Under the pieces are notes generated by a model. The model made no database searches, had not been told where the DNA came from, and was given only the letters and a program-made list of their open reading frames with translations. Shown in pieces: positions 1 to 13,654 of a DNA stretch of 64,000 nucleotides. Numbering within the stretch: the first letter of the stretch is position 1; every line of letters begins with the position of its first letter. The position numbers were made by a program, and so were the translations under genes. The stretch is from Mobula hypostoma (Eukaryota), in NCBI RefSeq assembly GCF_963921235.1, contig NC_086124.1, positions 16,244,001-16,308,000 of the forward strand, written 5' to 3'.

Positions 1-2770
1 CCATCCCAGGAATCAATCTGGTGAACCTTCTTTGTACTCCCTCTATGGCAAAGATGTCTTTCCTCAGGTTAGGGGACCAAAACTGCACACAATACTCCAG
101 GTGTGGTCTCACCAAGGCCTTGTACAACTGCAGTAGTACCTCCCTGCTCCTGTACTCGAATCCTCTCGCTATAAATGCCAGCATACCATTCGCCTTTTTC
201 ACCGCCTGCTGTACCTGCATGCCCACTTTCAATGACTGGTGTATAATGACACCCAGGTCTCGTTGCACCTCCCCTTTTCCTAATCGGCCACCATTCAGAT
301 AATAATCTGTTTTCCTATTTTTGCCACCAAAGTGGATAACTTCACATTTATCCACATTAAATTGCATCTGCCATGAGTTTGCCCACTCACCCAACCTATC
401 CAAGTCACCCTGCACCCTCTTAGCATCCTCCTCACTGCTAACACTGCCACCCAGCTTCGTGTCATCCGCAAACTTGGAGATGCTGCATTTAATTCCCTCA
501 TCCAAGTCATTAATATATATTGTAAACAACTGGGGTCCCAGCACTGAGCCTTGCGGTACCCCACTAGTCACCGCCTGCCATTCTGAAAAGGTCCCGTTTA
601 TTCCCACTCTTTGCTTCCTGTCTGCTAACCAATTCTCCACCCACACCAATACCTTACCCCCAATACCGTGTGCTTTAAGTTTGCACACTAATCTCCTGTG
701 TGGGACCTTGTCAAAAGCCTTTTGAAAATCCAAATATACCACATCCACTGGTTCTCCCCTATCCACTCTACTAGTTACATCCTCAAAAAATTCTATGAGA
801 TTCGTCAGACATGATTTTCCTTTCACAAATCCATGCTGACTTTGTCCGATCATTTCACCGCTTTCCAAATGTGCTGTTATCACATCCTTGATAACTGACT
901 CCAGCAGTTTCCCCACCACCGACGTTAGGCTAACCGGTCTATAATTCCCCGGTTTTTCTCTCCCTCCTTTTTTAAAAAGTGGGGTTACATTAGCCACCCT
1001 CCAATTCTCAGGAACTAGTCCAGAATCTAACGAGTTTTGAAAAATTATCACTAATGCATTCACTATTTCTTGGGCTACTTCCTTAAGCACTCTGGGATGC
1101 AGACCATCTGGCCCTGGGGATTTATCTGCCTTCAATCTACTTAACACCACTTCCCTACTAACATGTATTTCACTCAGTTCCTCCATCTCACTGGACCCTC
1201 AGTCCCTTACTATTTCTGGAAGATTATTTATGTCCTCTTTAGTGAAGACAGAACCAAAGTAATTATTCAATTGGTCTGCCATGTCCTTGCTCCCCATAAT
1301 CAATTCACCTGTTTCTGTCTGCAGGGGACCTACATTTGTCTTTACCAGTCTTTTCCTTTTTACATATCTATAAAAGCTTTTACAGTCCGTTTTTATGTTC
1401 CCCGCCAGTTTTCTCTCATAATCTTTTTTCCCCTTCCTAATTAAGCCCTTTGTCCTCCTCTGCTGAACTCTGAATTTCTCCCAGTCCTCAGGTGAGCCAC
1501 TTTCTCTGGCTAATTTGTATGCTACTTCTTTGGAATTGATACTATCCCTAATTTCTCTTGTCAGCCACGGGTGCACTACCTTCCTTGATTTATTCTTTTG
1601 CCAAACTGGGATGAACAATTGTTGTAGTTCATCCATGCAACCTTTAAATGCTTGCCATTGCATATCCACCGTCAATCCTTTAAGTGTCATTTGCCAGTCT
1701 ATCTTAGCTAATTCACGTCTCATACCTTCAAAGTTACCCCTCTTTAAGTTCAGAACCTTTGTTTCTGAATTAACTATCTCACTCTCCATCTTAATGAAGA
1801 ATTCCACCATATTATGGTCACTCTTACCCAAGGGGCCTCTCACGACAAGATCACTAATTAACCCTTCCTCATTGCTCAAAACCCAGTCCAGAATAGCCTG
1901 CTCTCTAGTTGGTTCCTCGACATGTTGGTTCAAAAAACCATCCCGCATACATTCCAAGAAATCCTCTTCCTCAGCACCTTTACCAATTTGGTTCACCCAG
2001 TCTACATGTAGATTGAAGTCACCCATTATAACTGCTGTTTCCTGCAGTTGCCTGCTATCTCTCTGCAGATTTGCTCTTCCAAGTCTCGTTGACTATTGGG
2101 TGGTCTGTAATACAATACCACTAATGTGGCCATACCTTTCCTGTTTCTCAGCTCCACCCATAAGGACTCAGTAGACAAGCCCTCTAATCTGTCCTGCCTG
2201 AGCACTGCTGTAATATTTTCCCTAACAAGCAATGCTACTCCCCCACCTTTCATTCCTCTGCCTCGATCACATCTGAAACATCGGAACCCTGGAATATTAA
2301 GCTGTCAGTCCTGCCCCTCCTGTAGCCAAGTTTCACTAATTGCTACAACATCATAATTCCACATGTCAATCCACGCCCTCAACTCATCCGCTTTCCCCGC
2401 AATACTCCTAGTATTGAAATATATACACCTCAGAAGATTTTTACCACCACTCACAACCTTTCTATCAGCGGATTTGCTTAAACTTTCAACATCATTTATT
2501 TTCACCCCAGCCACACTGTCAGCTCTGGCACTCTGGTTCCCATCCCCCTGCAAATCTAGTTTAAAGCCTCCCCAATAGCACTTACAAACCTCCCTGAAAG
2601 GATATTGGTCCCCCTGTGGTTCAAGTGTAACCCGTCTCTCTTGTACAGGTCCCACATGCCCCAGAAGAGGTCCCAATGATCCTGAAATCTGAAACCCTGC
2701 CCCCTACACCAGTTCCTCAGCCACTTGTTCCTCCTCCAGAGCATCCTATTCCTACCCTCACTGGCACCTA
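1..2770 (-). mobile_element. CR1-clade LINE, young subfamily, disrupted: ORF1 esterase tail, APE endonuclease and RT; runs off the window start
   Basis: ORF1 motif DLFWGMWDLYKRDGLHLN (2556-2780). EN motifs CIYFNTRS, VAISETWL, GGGVALLV, YYRPPN, MGDFN, LDWVLSN and SDH (1199-2676). RT FADDTK near 460. Frameshift/deletion near 2030 and 1140. Confidence 0.95.
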
Positions 2771-3059
2771 CTGTCACCACAGCTCACTTGTTTTCAGAAC
2801 GTTCTCCAATTCACAGACACTCAGCCGGAAGGCAGTGGCTGATCCAACAGTCCTGAAGCCCCATAAGAAGCGCGGAAGGGCTGTCACCACTCGTCGCGTG
2901 TTAATTGATCGATCTTCAATCAACGTGGCAGGTGCTTTCATACAATATTGTGATCGTCATGGCTCTTTAAACGAGATGTGTAATAACAAAATTCGTGCTG
3001 TGAGGATGAATCACATCTTTGAAGCTGGGGAAGAACCATTCTCCGATTCTTCCCCACCA

Positions 3060-3500
3060 CAGATTCTGGATGATGTTTAGGTCAGGGGACTGTGAGGGCC
3101 ATGGCAAAACCTTCAGCTTGCACCTCTTAAGGTTTTGATTTTGTTGATTTTGAGGTGTGTTTAGGATCATTATCCTGTTGTAGAAGCCATCCTCTTTTCA
3201 TCTTCGGGTTTTTTTTTACAGACGGTGTGATGTTTGCTTCAAGAATTTGCTGGTATTTAATTGAGTTCATTCTTCCCTCTACCAGTAAATGTTCCCCGTG
3301 CCACTGGCTGCAACACAAGCCCAAAGCATGATCAATCCACCCCTGTGCTTAACAGTTAGAGAGGGGTTCTTTTCATGAAATTCTGCACCCTTTTTTCTCC
3401 AAACATACCTTTTCTCATTGCGACCAAAAAGCTCTATTTTAACTTTATCAGTCCACAGGACTTGTTTCCAAATTGCATCAGGCTTCTTTAGATGTTCTTT
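3060..3500 (-). mobile_element. Tc1-like transposase remnant
   Basis: QQDNDPKHTSKST and WPSQSPDLNIIQNLW are the Tc1 DDE-region motifs; frameshifted. Confidence 0.9.
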
Positions 3501-3639
3501 TGAACCTTTTGAATCGAACTTTTTGACCGCAAAAGCTCAAATAAGTCCCTTCAATCGTTCCCCATAATCTTATATGCGCAAACCAGATATCAATCCAAAC
3601 AGCTAAATAACTTCAGACCCCATATATCTTAATCTCTCG

Positions 3640-4560
3640 ATTAGCACCACTCCACCCCTCCCCCCATGATGGTCTTTGACAAACGCCTTATTAAAATCCA
3701 TGTCGATAACATTCACTGTCATACCTAATCAATCTCTCTTGTCACCTTGTCAAAATACTCCATAAAGTTGGCAAGAGTCGATCTGCCCCATACAAAGCCA
3801 TGCTGGCACTCCCTAATTAGGCCATGTGTTTCCAAATGCTGTATTCTCCAGCCATTTTCCTACAATTGACGTGAGATTCACTGGTCTATAGTTTTCAGAA
3901 TTATCCCTTGTTCGCTTCTTAAATAGAAGTTCAACGTTAGCAAATATCCAGTCCTCCGGGACCTTGCCTGTGCCAAGAGAGAACACAAAAGACCCCAGCA
4001 ATTTATTCTGTTGCCTCCTTCAATAACCTGAGGTAAATTCCATCAGGCCCTGTGGACTTATCCACCTAAATACTCATTAGGAGGCCCAATGCTCTTCCTC
4101 TTTGATCTCTAAATTCCCTAACATATTCATACACGCGGCACTGATCTCCTGGTTTTCCATATCTTTCCACGTGGTAAATTCTGAAGCAACGTACTCATTA
4201 AATACCTACACAAATTCTCCACATCTAAGCAAATGCTCCCCCTTTATTGTGTGGTTCTAATCTCTCCCCGGTTGTCCTATTGTTCTTGATGTATGTATGG
4301 AATGTCTTGGGATTCACCTTATTCCTACTGGCCAAGGACTTCAAGCTTTCCTAATTTCTTTAGTTCTTTTCTATCTCCTTTATAATACTCACGTGTTTCG
4401 TTTGAGCTTAACTTCCGAAATTTTACATTCTTTTCCATTTTCTACTTGATTAAATTCATCACCTCTCTAGACATCCAAGGTTCTCTTATCTTCCATCCCC
4501 GTCCTTACTTCTCACAGGAACAAGCCTTTCCTGTACTCTGTGCAATTGATCTTTTGAATT
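3640..4560 (-). mobile_element. Old CR1 LINE ORF2 fragment
   Basis: GKVPEDWIFANV..FKK..NYRPVNLTSIVGKWLE (ORF 3813-4001). Confidence 0.85.
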
Positions 4561-5519
4561 CTTTTGAAGACTTCCGGTTCTACTAAAGCTTTCGAAGTCC
4601 GTTTAATTTATCTTTTGATAGCCCCGATTTTTAAGGTCGCTGGCGACAGTTCTCTGCTTTCCCTTAACGCACCACTCGGAATTAACTCTGTTCGCCCGCA
4701 GCTCATTCACGAAACTCACCGGTTCAAATGTCGTTAACCAAGACAATGTTTTAGCACTTCATTAGACCAAAGCGACGAACCCTCAGGCAAATACCGTGCG
4801 ACGGTCCCCAATGGACGGGTAGGGCTGACCATTCAAAAATGTTCAAACCGCAAATACACAGCATGAATCAATAAAAGGTTGCAGATCATCCGACCGCAAA
4901 CTGCTCCAGTTGCCTACGTGCAGGGTTCTGTGTTGCGATTCCAAATTCGCCAACAGGTCCGAGGCAATCGTTTACCGTAGACTGGTGTTCGTTTGGCATA
5001 ATGACCTTCTTGTTGACAAAATGCGGTTACTTGAAAACAAACCATACCCACTGAGATTCTGAGTACAGGAGTTGACACTGGATGACGCGCTTCCAAATAA
5101 CTGAGTTCAAGTCGGAAAAAAGCATGTTCGATCCTTTATTCAAAATTGGCAAAGACGGACTATCTTGTAACGATCAAAAACTAACGAAACTAAAATTAGC
5201 GATATAGCGAAGTTAACGAAATAACTAAATTAGCGTAATTAAGCGAAGATCGCAAAATAAGCGTAATTAGCGGTGAACAGAAATATAATTCCCCGGTTGC
5301 CTCCAACTCTCGTCTAGACTAAACTGACTTCCGACAAAGCGAGAATACGTAAGTTGCTTCTTCCTTGCCCCATCCCTCGTGACAACTACCCATAACAAAC
5401 ACGCAACACAGTCAGGACAGAAATGTTTCCAAATTGTTGATCCTCGGAACAGAAGTCCAACCTTATCCCAGCTGGAACCATGCGTCCGCTTTCATCCAAG
5501 CTTCCGATACACAGAAACA

Positions 5520-5722
5520 CCGGAGAGTTTACTCCGGGTAGAGACCGTTCACCTGGTCTGTGTGTGGGAAGGGATTCATTCAGTTAACCCACCTTGCGAG
5601 GCTTGGAGGAGTTCACAATGAGTAGAGGCCACAACTCTGTCTTGAGCGAATTAAGAGATTTACTCAATTATCCCACCTACTAAAACACCAGCAACTTCAC
5701 CTCAGGGAGGAAGATGAAATAA
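5520..5722 (+). pseudogene. Degenerate C2H2 ZNF remnant (unit A)
   Basis: Finger-like codons gagaccgttcacctggtctgtgtgtgggaagggattcatt and caccagcaacttcac, with frameshifts. Followed by the cluster's conserved 3' UTR, with AATAAA at 5900-5905. Confidence 0.8.
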
Positions 5723-6929
5723 TTTCTACGGTGACTGAATCCAGTTGCAAGCCCACGAGGGACTGTTAATGCCAGATTCTGTAGATATGCAGCTGCTTAT
5801 CAGACCCCGAACTGGACCTTGGTCGCCGAGCATTAGAGGTGTTTGTTCTGCTATGTTTGCCTTAAATTAGACTGGTGTTTAAATTTTTGGATCTGTGTAA
5901 ATAAATGAGTTCTATTTCAAATCCTCCTGTCTCAAGTGCTTACCGTCTGTGTCACACGTCCATAAACAATAGAGAGGCCACTCATTTCAGCTGATCTCTG
6001 CTGTTCACTCACTCTCCCTGTGATGACAGGTTGCAACTGGTCACCACTGTGTTGGTGAGGGGGTTTATCTTGAATTTCCTCTCTGACTTTCTGTAGACTG
6101 CAGAAGATAAGTTTACTGAGGTTAAGTCCCAAATATTCCTCGTTCCTCAGGGCGTTGGGCGAAGAGAAAACGTCCTGGGTGGTTAAACTTCTTCTTCCCT
6201 GCTCTTTTAAATGTCATGCGTTATTTTGAGTGATTTCAAAGGGTAGTGTCTTACAGAGCTGAGTTGTGGCAATACACAGCTCTCCTTTAAATTATGAGAG
6301 TTGAATGGTCGGTAAATCTTCTACAGTGCAGGATCAGAAACCAAAGAGGATCCCGAACAAGCCATGCCTTTGGGGCTCCAAATGAGGTGGGAGGTCGAGT
6401 ATATGGGGAGGAGGAGGGAATCAGACCAGGAGGATGTGGTTACAAATGTAAGATCAGCAACATTTTGAAAATGATTGACTGAAAAAGATGTTGCTTATTT
6501 CTGCAAAATGCTGGTGGAAACCAGCAGGTCAGGATGCATCTATGGAGAGGAATAAAGAGTGGTCTTTACGGGCAGAGACCATTCACCATGCTGATGACTG
6601 GTGAAGGGGTTCGGCCTGAAGCTTCTGCTATTTATTCTTCGGCATCAATGCCACCTGACTTGCTGAGCTCCTCCAGCATTTTGTGTGTGTTGCTCTATAT
6701 TTCGAGAATCTGCAGAATTCCTCGTGTTTTATACTGCATTTTTAAATGGGTTGTACTTTGACAGTTGACACTTAGAATTCCTGTTGATATTGAATATATT
6801 CATTGTGGGAGCGTGGTGTGTTAAAGCAGCTGCTGAGTTTCTGCATAAAAGCATTGACAGTTCTTGGGGCAAGTGACGGGGGAACTGGTGTTTGAATGGA
6901 TTGTAAATGGCATCTTTTCTACCCAGAAA

Positions 6930-7330
6930 CCTTCACGGTTCAGAATTCGCCACCGGTGACCCAGCGATCAAATGCGCAAGCGTGAGGGTCACTTAGTCCC
7001 GAATACGCGCATGCGCTTAGTGGAATAGACAACGGGTTCTGGAGAATCGGCTGCAGGTAGGAGCCAGTGTCCGGGTGGGGGAATTTCATCAGTTCCAGTT
7101 TCCGCACCGCGACTGAGGGGCAACGACTCCGGACACGCCGTGGCCCCGCCGCTGGGACAGTTTCAGTTCTCTCCATCTTTCTCAGCCCCACGATCCGTAC
7201 CCACGCACGGGGAGCTGGGCGACAGGCCCCGATGGAGGGTCGAAGGTGCGACCCTTCGTAAACTGGGCGGCCGCTTCGTCCAGCACCCTGCACCAGCCCC
7301 AAAAGTGGAGCTTCCCGGTGGCCTAATATT
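6930..7330 (+). promoter_or_regulatory. CpG-rich promoter/first exon of ZNF gene B with an NRF1-type site
   Basis: GCGCATGCGC at 7007-7016 and tgcgcaagcg at 6973. Locally CpG-rich. Homologous to 37872-37995 (-) plus 32440-32598 (-). Confidence 0.65.
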
Positions 7331-7399
7331 TCAATTTCGATTCCCTTTCCCGCTCCGACATATCGATACATGGCTTCCTCTTCCTCCAAACTGATGGCA

Positions 7400-7790
7400 C
7401 GAATATAATTTTCTCCCTCCGGTGAACAAATATTACCCCCGACCATCATCTTCTATTCGATATTCTGACCTTTCACTTCTTCACACCTGCCTGGAGTCGC
7501 CTCCTCCTTCCCTTTCTCCTATTCTCCACTCTCCTCGCCTATCCGATTCCTTCTTCTCCAGCCCTAGACCTTGCCCACCCACCTGGCTTCAACTATCACC
7601 TTCCACCTAGCCTCTTTCTTTCACCTCACCACACCTTTTTATTCTGGCACTTTCCCCCTTCTTTCTTAATCCTGAAGAAGGGTCTCGGCTCAAGACGTTG
7701 ACTGTTTACACTTTCCCATAGATGCTACCTGTCCTGCTGAGTTCCTCCAGCGTTATGTATGCGTTGCTTTGGATTTTCAGCACCCGCAGA
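7400..7790 (+). mobile_element. Penelope-like 3'/pLTR fragment
   Basis: Pyrimidine-rich tail followed by cctgaagaagggtctcggc...gatgct..cctgctgagttcctccagc, shared with the GIY-YIG-bearing copies at 8.7-9.4 kb and 59.7-60.5 kb. Confidence 0.75.
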
Positions 7791-8704
7791 CTTTCTGGTG
7801 CTGAGGGTTTCATCAGCACCGGTGCCCGCACCTCGACTGAGGGGTAATTGCTGTGAGCTGAGGACACCCTGGTTTTGCAAACCCAGGGCAGTCTTAGTCC
7901 TTTCCCTCTCTCCTAGCCCCTCGATCGTTACCCGGCCCCCGGGGAGTATTCTGCTGACGAGCGAAGGTGCTGGCGCCATTTCTGCAGCACATGTGCATTG
8001 TGGAACCATGATGAACAGACAGATCTCTTCTTTTTGTTTTTTTCTTTGGGGGGGGCGGATACAGAATTAGCCATGGGTAACAGTGTCAGTGCTTTCTTTA
8101 CCAGTCCGTAAAGCATGCTTGGAAGCAGACGTGGAGGGAGTCGATTCTCCAAAACCAACTCCAGCAATCTAGATCCAAGGATCGGGAGCTCAGAACAAAA
8201 ATATAGTTCTGAGTTAATCGCTGATGAAGAGTCTACCTTCTAGTCAATTAAAATATCGGTTATTTCTACACATAAAAAGAAAGAAAAATCCTTCCATCAG
8301 CTTTAGTTCTTGAGACAAACACCTTTGTTCTGCCTCCTCTTGTTCTGGACTATTCTACCCATGAGAACATGTTTTGTCCCATTCTCTCTGGCTGCATAAC
8401 GATATCAAACACATTGTCCTGGGTAACAAATGACTTGTAGCTTTCATATCATATAAGTGCCACACTCCAATGAGAAATCCTGCTGCCCCCCCCTTCTTAT
8501 TCATTGGTATTGTCATCGATTAGTTCACCACCCTCAATTACCTGGAGTGGTGGGGGGTCAGAGTAATTAGAAAGTCTCCAGGATCAGCCATGTAATATCA
8601 TATCTTCTCTATAGCACTGTGAGACATGAGCAGAACCTGAAGTGATACTAATGGAGACACACTGAACCAAATCACAGACTGAAGACGGGCAGAAATGTCC
8701 CATC

Positions 8705-9390
8705 AACACACAGAAAATGCTGGAGGCACTCAGCAGCATCAATGGAAAAGAGTAAACAGTCAACATTTCAGACTGAAACCCTTCATTAGAACTGTAGAAA
8801 AAAAAAAGATGAGGTCAGGGTAAGATGGTGGGTGGAGGGAAGGAAGAAATGCAAGGTAGTCAGTGATAAGTTAAACCGAGGGGGAGAGGGGTCAAGTGAA
8901 GAGCTGGGAAGTCAATTGGTGAAAGAGATAAAGGGCTGGAGAAGGCGGAATCTGATAGGAGAGGACAGAAAGCCATGGAAGAAAGGGAAGGAGGAATACC
9001 AGAGGGAGATGATGGGCAGGTAAATTGAGAGAAGGAAATGGGAATGGGGTATGGTGAAGGTGGGGGGGGGGGGGAAGTAACAGATTTCCAGGAATCTCTG
9101 TTCAGGCCATCAGGTTGGAGGCTACCCAGATGGAATACAAGGGTTGCTGCTCAAACCTGAGTGTCGGCTCATCACAGTAGTAGAGGAGGCCATGGACTGA
9201 CGTGCTGGAATGGGAAGTTGAGATAAAATGTGTGGCCACTGGGAGATCCCACTTTATCTGGCGCACAGAGCATAAGTGCTCAGTGAAGCAGTCTCCCAAT
9301 CTACCTCAGGTCTCACTGATCGACAGGAAGCCACACCGGCAGCACTGGATATAGTCGATGACCCCATAGGCATACAGGCGAAGTGCCACA
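8705..9390 (-). mobile_element. Penelope-like element 3' part (GIY-YIG remnant)
   Basis: GDCFTEHLCSV...LPVATHF...HGLLYYC (9102-9299) plus the pLTR tail. Confidence 0.85.
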
Positions 9391-10062
9391 TTCTTATTGA
9401 GACAGGAGGATTGTTAAGAGAATTTCATGGACAGTTTGAGAATCCCTGAACAATTGAGGTGCTGTTCCCCCAACTTGGGTTGAACCTCGTTGTAACAATG
9501 TGCTGTCAGAGCTCATACTGCAGGGCTTAAACTCTCATCTGAAATGTTGTCCTTCACCCATTGATGTCTTTTGTCAATCTTTTTACAGATTAGGAACGAC
9601 AAAGAATTTGTGTACGGAGATCTCAACAACAGTACGTCAATTTTGCTGCCTCTTACAGATATCAAAGGAGTGAACAGATATTTCCTTTGTAACACCGGTA
9701 TATCTGTCGTTGAAGAAGTATCTCATCTCAGCTGGAATTGTGCTTTGTGTTTTCTGTTGCAACTCAGTGAAATCCACTGGAACCAGGGTACTGAGAACCC
9801 ACTAGCATTTGTTCACTAGAAATCAGTTCATCCATTGCATTGACTGTATGAGGGGTTCACTACATATAGCATCTGACTTCATTAATTATCAGAGAACTCA
9901 CAACAGAGAGATATCATTCACCTGCTCTCAGTGAGGGAAAGGATTCTCTCACTCAGACGACCCTCAGACACCACAGTGAAGCCATTTACCTGCTCAGACT
10001 GTGGGAAGGGATTCAACCAGTCATCTGACCTACTGGTACACCAATCAGTTCACCTTGGGGAG

Positions 10063-10827
10063 ATGTCGTTCACTTGCTCGGACTGTGGGAAGGGATTCAC
10101 TCGGTCATCCAGCTTGCAGAGACACCAGTCAGTTCACACTGGGGAAAGGCCGTTCACATGTTCTGTATGTGGAAAGGGATTCACTCGTTCATCCCACCTA
10201 CAGGCACACCAGTCAATTCACACCGGGGAGAAACCATTCACCTGTTCTTACTGTGGGAAGGGTTTCACTGGATCAACTGACCTACTGGCACATCAGTCAG
10301 TTCACACTGGGGAGAAGCCGTTCTCATGCTCTGACTGTGGGAAGGGATTCTCTCGGTCTTTCAGCCTCCAGAGACACCAGCGAGTTCACACTGGAGAGAG
10401 ACCATTCACGTGTTCCATGTGTGGGAAGGGATTTACTCGGTCAGGCAGCCTGCAGACACACCTGCGATTTCACACTGGGGAGTGGCCATTCACATGCTCT
10501 GACTGTGGGAAGAGATTCACTCGGTCGTCTGACCTGCTAGCACATCAGTTAGTTCACACTGGAAAGATGTTGTTCTCCTGTTCAGACTGTGGGAAGGGAT
10601 TCACTCGGTCATTCAGCCTACAGAGACACCAGTCAGTTCACACTGGGGAGAAGCCATTCACTTGTTCCGTTTGTGGGAAGGGATTCGCTCGGTCATCTCA
10701 CCTACAGACACACCAGTCGGTTCACACCGGGGGGAAACTGTTTACCCGCTCAGACTGTGGGAAGGGTTTCACTGGATCAACTGACCTACTGACACATCAG
10801 CAAGTTCACACTGGGGAAACAGTTTAA
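10063..10827 (+). CDS. C2H2 poly-zinc-finger protein (gene B): 9 fingers from the first ATG, last one degenerate; one more in-frame finger upstream (open from 9931)
   Basis: Repeated CxxC-x12-HxxxH with TGE(R/K)P linkers. Candidate splice acceptor ttttacAG at 9587-9588. AATAAA at 11020-11025. No KRAB/SCAN/BTB domain seen. Confidence 0.88.
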   Translation: MSFTCSDCGKGFTRSSSLQRHQSVHTGERPFTCSVCGKGFTRSSHLQAHQSIHTGEKPFTCSYCGKGFTGSTDLLAHQSVHTGEKPFSCSDCGKGFSRSFSLQRHQRVHTGERPFTCSMCGKGFTRSGSLQTHLRFHTGEWPFTCSDCGKRFTRSSDLLAHQLVHTGKMLFSCSDCGKGFTRSFSLQRHQSVHTGEKPFTCSVCGKGFARSSHLQTHQSVHTGGKLFTRSDCGKGFTGSTDLLTHQQVHTGETV

Positions 10828-11705
10828 ATAAGCTGCATGCTGGATATTTAACCATCACATTTGCTGAATCCTGCAGCAAGTTCAAAAGTAACTGTTGGTA
10901 TTGAACTCTGCAATTATTGTTGCTGTTCATCACACTCTGGTCACTGGGCATGGGAGGAATTTCTTGTGATGATGTTCACCTTTAATAGGACTAGAGTTTA
11001 ATATTATGGATCTGTGACTAATAAATCAGTTCTATTTTAAACTCTGTATCAGGTGCCTAGTGAACCTATAACACACCCAGTGTACAGTAGGGAGCCAACT
11101 GAGCCTAGCTGGTCTTTGTCAGAATTTCTGTTCCACAAGAGTTCTCTTAAACCCATCCCTGCCATTCACCTCTGGCTCTCCTGTGGAGATGGGTTCCAAA
11201 CAGTCACCACTCTGTGGGTGAAGAATTTTCCCTTGAATTTCCTGCATGACTTTCCGCAGACTGGAGAAGACAAGTTGACTGCAGTTATTTATGTCTGTCA
11301 TGTTCTTCATCCCGGGTCCTATGTCCTGCTCATTTCAACATTATGGGTCATTTTTACTACTTCTGAAGAGCTGAACAGGGAAACACAGCAGGGGGGTGTG
11401 CAAGTGAATGTCGGAGTAGCAACATTTGGAAGCTGATAGACAGAGAAAAAAAAATTGGTTGACTTTGACTTTTGACGTACGATGCTTGTTGACTTTGAGT
11501 GTATTGCTTGTGGGAGCTTGCTGTATTAAATTTCCTACTCAGTTCTGATAAAAATATTAACTTGATTGGTGGCATTTGACAGAGGGGAAGCAATGCTTGT
11601 AAGCACTTTCAATTGCACTGTTCTTACCCAGATACAGTATCTCTGAATTTCAGAATGTACTATCACTGCAAATCGAGCATGGAGGTGCTGAGAGCCTGTT
11701 GGATC

Positions 11706-12058
11706 TGACTGTTTAATTGTCATTTTCTTTGCAGTTGAACAATTAATTATCTGCTTATATTTTAAGTAGACTTTATATACATTACAGTTTAATATGCCTC
11801 CAGTGGCTGTACAAAGTAGACCTCGGGAAGTTTCTTTGTACTTTATTAAGTGAGTGTTTCCTCATTGGTTAATTCTTACTGCAGTAATGACTAAGTATTT
11901 TCTAATCTGATTATTTTATCTATAGATTTGAATGGGATTTTTCTTATCTTTGGGTATAGAAGTAGCTGTTTTATGCTGGATGCCATCTTTAATGTCTGCC
12001 TGCTTCAAGTAGTAGACCCTTGTCACCATTCACTTCCTGTTCAATCAACTCTTGTATG
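11706..12058 (+). mobile_element. Partial retroviral-like LTR downstream of gene B (truncated by CR1)
   Basis: Homologous to 26677-27100 and 54347-54770, which are followed by a PBS. TATA-like gggtatagaag at ~11952. The 5' boundary is approximate. Confidence 0.6.
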
Positions 12059-12059
12059 T

Positions 12060-13480
12060 TGATGAATCTAATTAAACTGGCAAGGGACAAGGAAGAGGAA
12101 TTTATGCAGTGGCTAGGGAATGTTCTTTACAGGAGTATGTTACAGAACCCACCCAGAAAAGGCTATTTCATACGTGGTTCTGTGTAATGAGGTCAGAATA
12201 CTGAGAAAGATCATGGTGAAGGATCCCCAAGGAAGAAGTGATCACAACATCGGAGCATTCCAGACACAGTTTGAGGACAAACACCTGCGTCCAAGCCGAC
12301 GTCCTCAACCAAAATAAGGGCAGTTACGTGGGTGTGATGGTGGAGTTGTCTGGGGTAGATGGGGCAAATAGGCTCAGGGACAAATCAGTGGGTGAGCAGT
12401 GGCAGGTGTTTAAACAGCTGATTCATAAGGCTCAGCAGACACTGACCCAAATAGACACAGGGATCCAGCTGAAAGATGAACCATCTGTGGTCAGCCAAAA
12501 TCGTCAAGGTAAATATAGAATCAAAAAACATATAAAGAGGCAAGGGTTGTTATTGGGCCAGAGTACAGAGAATATTTCAGGAAGTAGTGAAAAGAGACAA
12601 AAAATAAAACAAGAAACAGCCAGATATGTTAACTCAATAATTTAATCAATGTTCATGGTAGGGACACAGCAAACATTCCTTAGGTATCTGATGGGTGACA
12701 TTTCAACACCGTTCAATAATCAGTAACAATCACCATTACGAGGGAGAGTCTAAAGCAAACATCACTAGGTCCAAATGACCTGCATCCTAGGGTTTGGAGA
12801 GAAAGAGGAGGCATAAACTCACTCTGTTCCAGGAAGGTCCCAGTGGATGGAAAACTTCTAATGTGAATCAATTGAGAAGGGTTGCAAGACAAAAAGCAAA
12901 TAACTGTAGTCATGTTAACTTCTCATATGTTGGCAACATGCTAGCATCTGTGATTTATGAAGAAATAACAAGTCATTTAGAAAAGTTTTAATGTCTCAAC
13001 CGAGTCAACGGTTCAAATAATCGAGCTGACCAAGGTTACCATCTGAGCCTGTCCTATTTCCCTGCATTTGGTTCATATTTCTCAAAACCTCTTCTAACAT
13101 TATTAATACACCTCCCTCAACCACTTCCACTGACAGATCATTCCATACATTGACCGCCCTCTGTAGAAAAGTTGCCCTTCAGGTTCCTATGAAATCTCTC
13201 TTTTCATCTTAAACCAATGCCCTCCAATTCTTGATTCCCCAACCGCGGCAAAAAAAACTGTTTCCTAACCCTATCTAGGCCCCTCATAATTGTATACACC
13301 TCTATAATTCACCACACATTCTCTGACACTCACAGGAAAACTGTCCAAACCTGCTGATACTCTCCATAAATGAGTCATTCGAGACCCAGCAGCATCCTCA
13401 TAAATTTCCAACTTCTTTCCAGCTTAATGTCCTCCAGCAGCATGAGAAAAAAACTAAACACCATATTCTAAATAACAAAC
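12060..13480. mobile_element. Degraded CR1 fragments (+ 12060-13020; - 13040-13480)
   Basis: DPQGRSDHN, WKTSNV and a CR1 3'-end-like sequence; many disablements. Confidence 0.7.
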
Positions 13481-13654
13481 GAGAAAATCTGCAGATGCTG
13501 GAAATCCAAGCAACACACACAAAATGCTGCAGGAACTTGGCAGGCCAGTCCTGCAAGAAGGGTTTCGGCCCAAAACATCGACTGTACTCTTTTCTGTAGA
13601 TGCTGCCTGGCCTGCTGAGTTCCTCAGCATTTTGTGTGTTTTACCATATTTGAA

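Noticed and set aside
1515-2174. Long plus-strand ORFs over CR1
   Set aside because: Antisense shadows of CR1 ORF2.
6940-7449. 169-aa minus-strand ORF and other ORFs over the CpG promoter
   Set aside because: No recognisable domain; GC-rich stop-poor sequence, partly Penelope-derived.
9571-9819. Conserved post-acceptor ORF as a candidate novel effector domain
   Set aside because: It ends in a stop before the fingers, and the frame is not preserved in C or E; more consistent with UTR.
10001-10792. Alternate-frame ORFs (MGRDSL..., LWEGIH...) over the ZNF exons, also at 28.4-29.8 kb and 55.9-57.5 kb
   Set aside because: Shadow frames of the finger repeats; most start at non-ATG codons.
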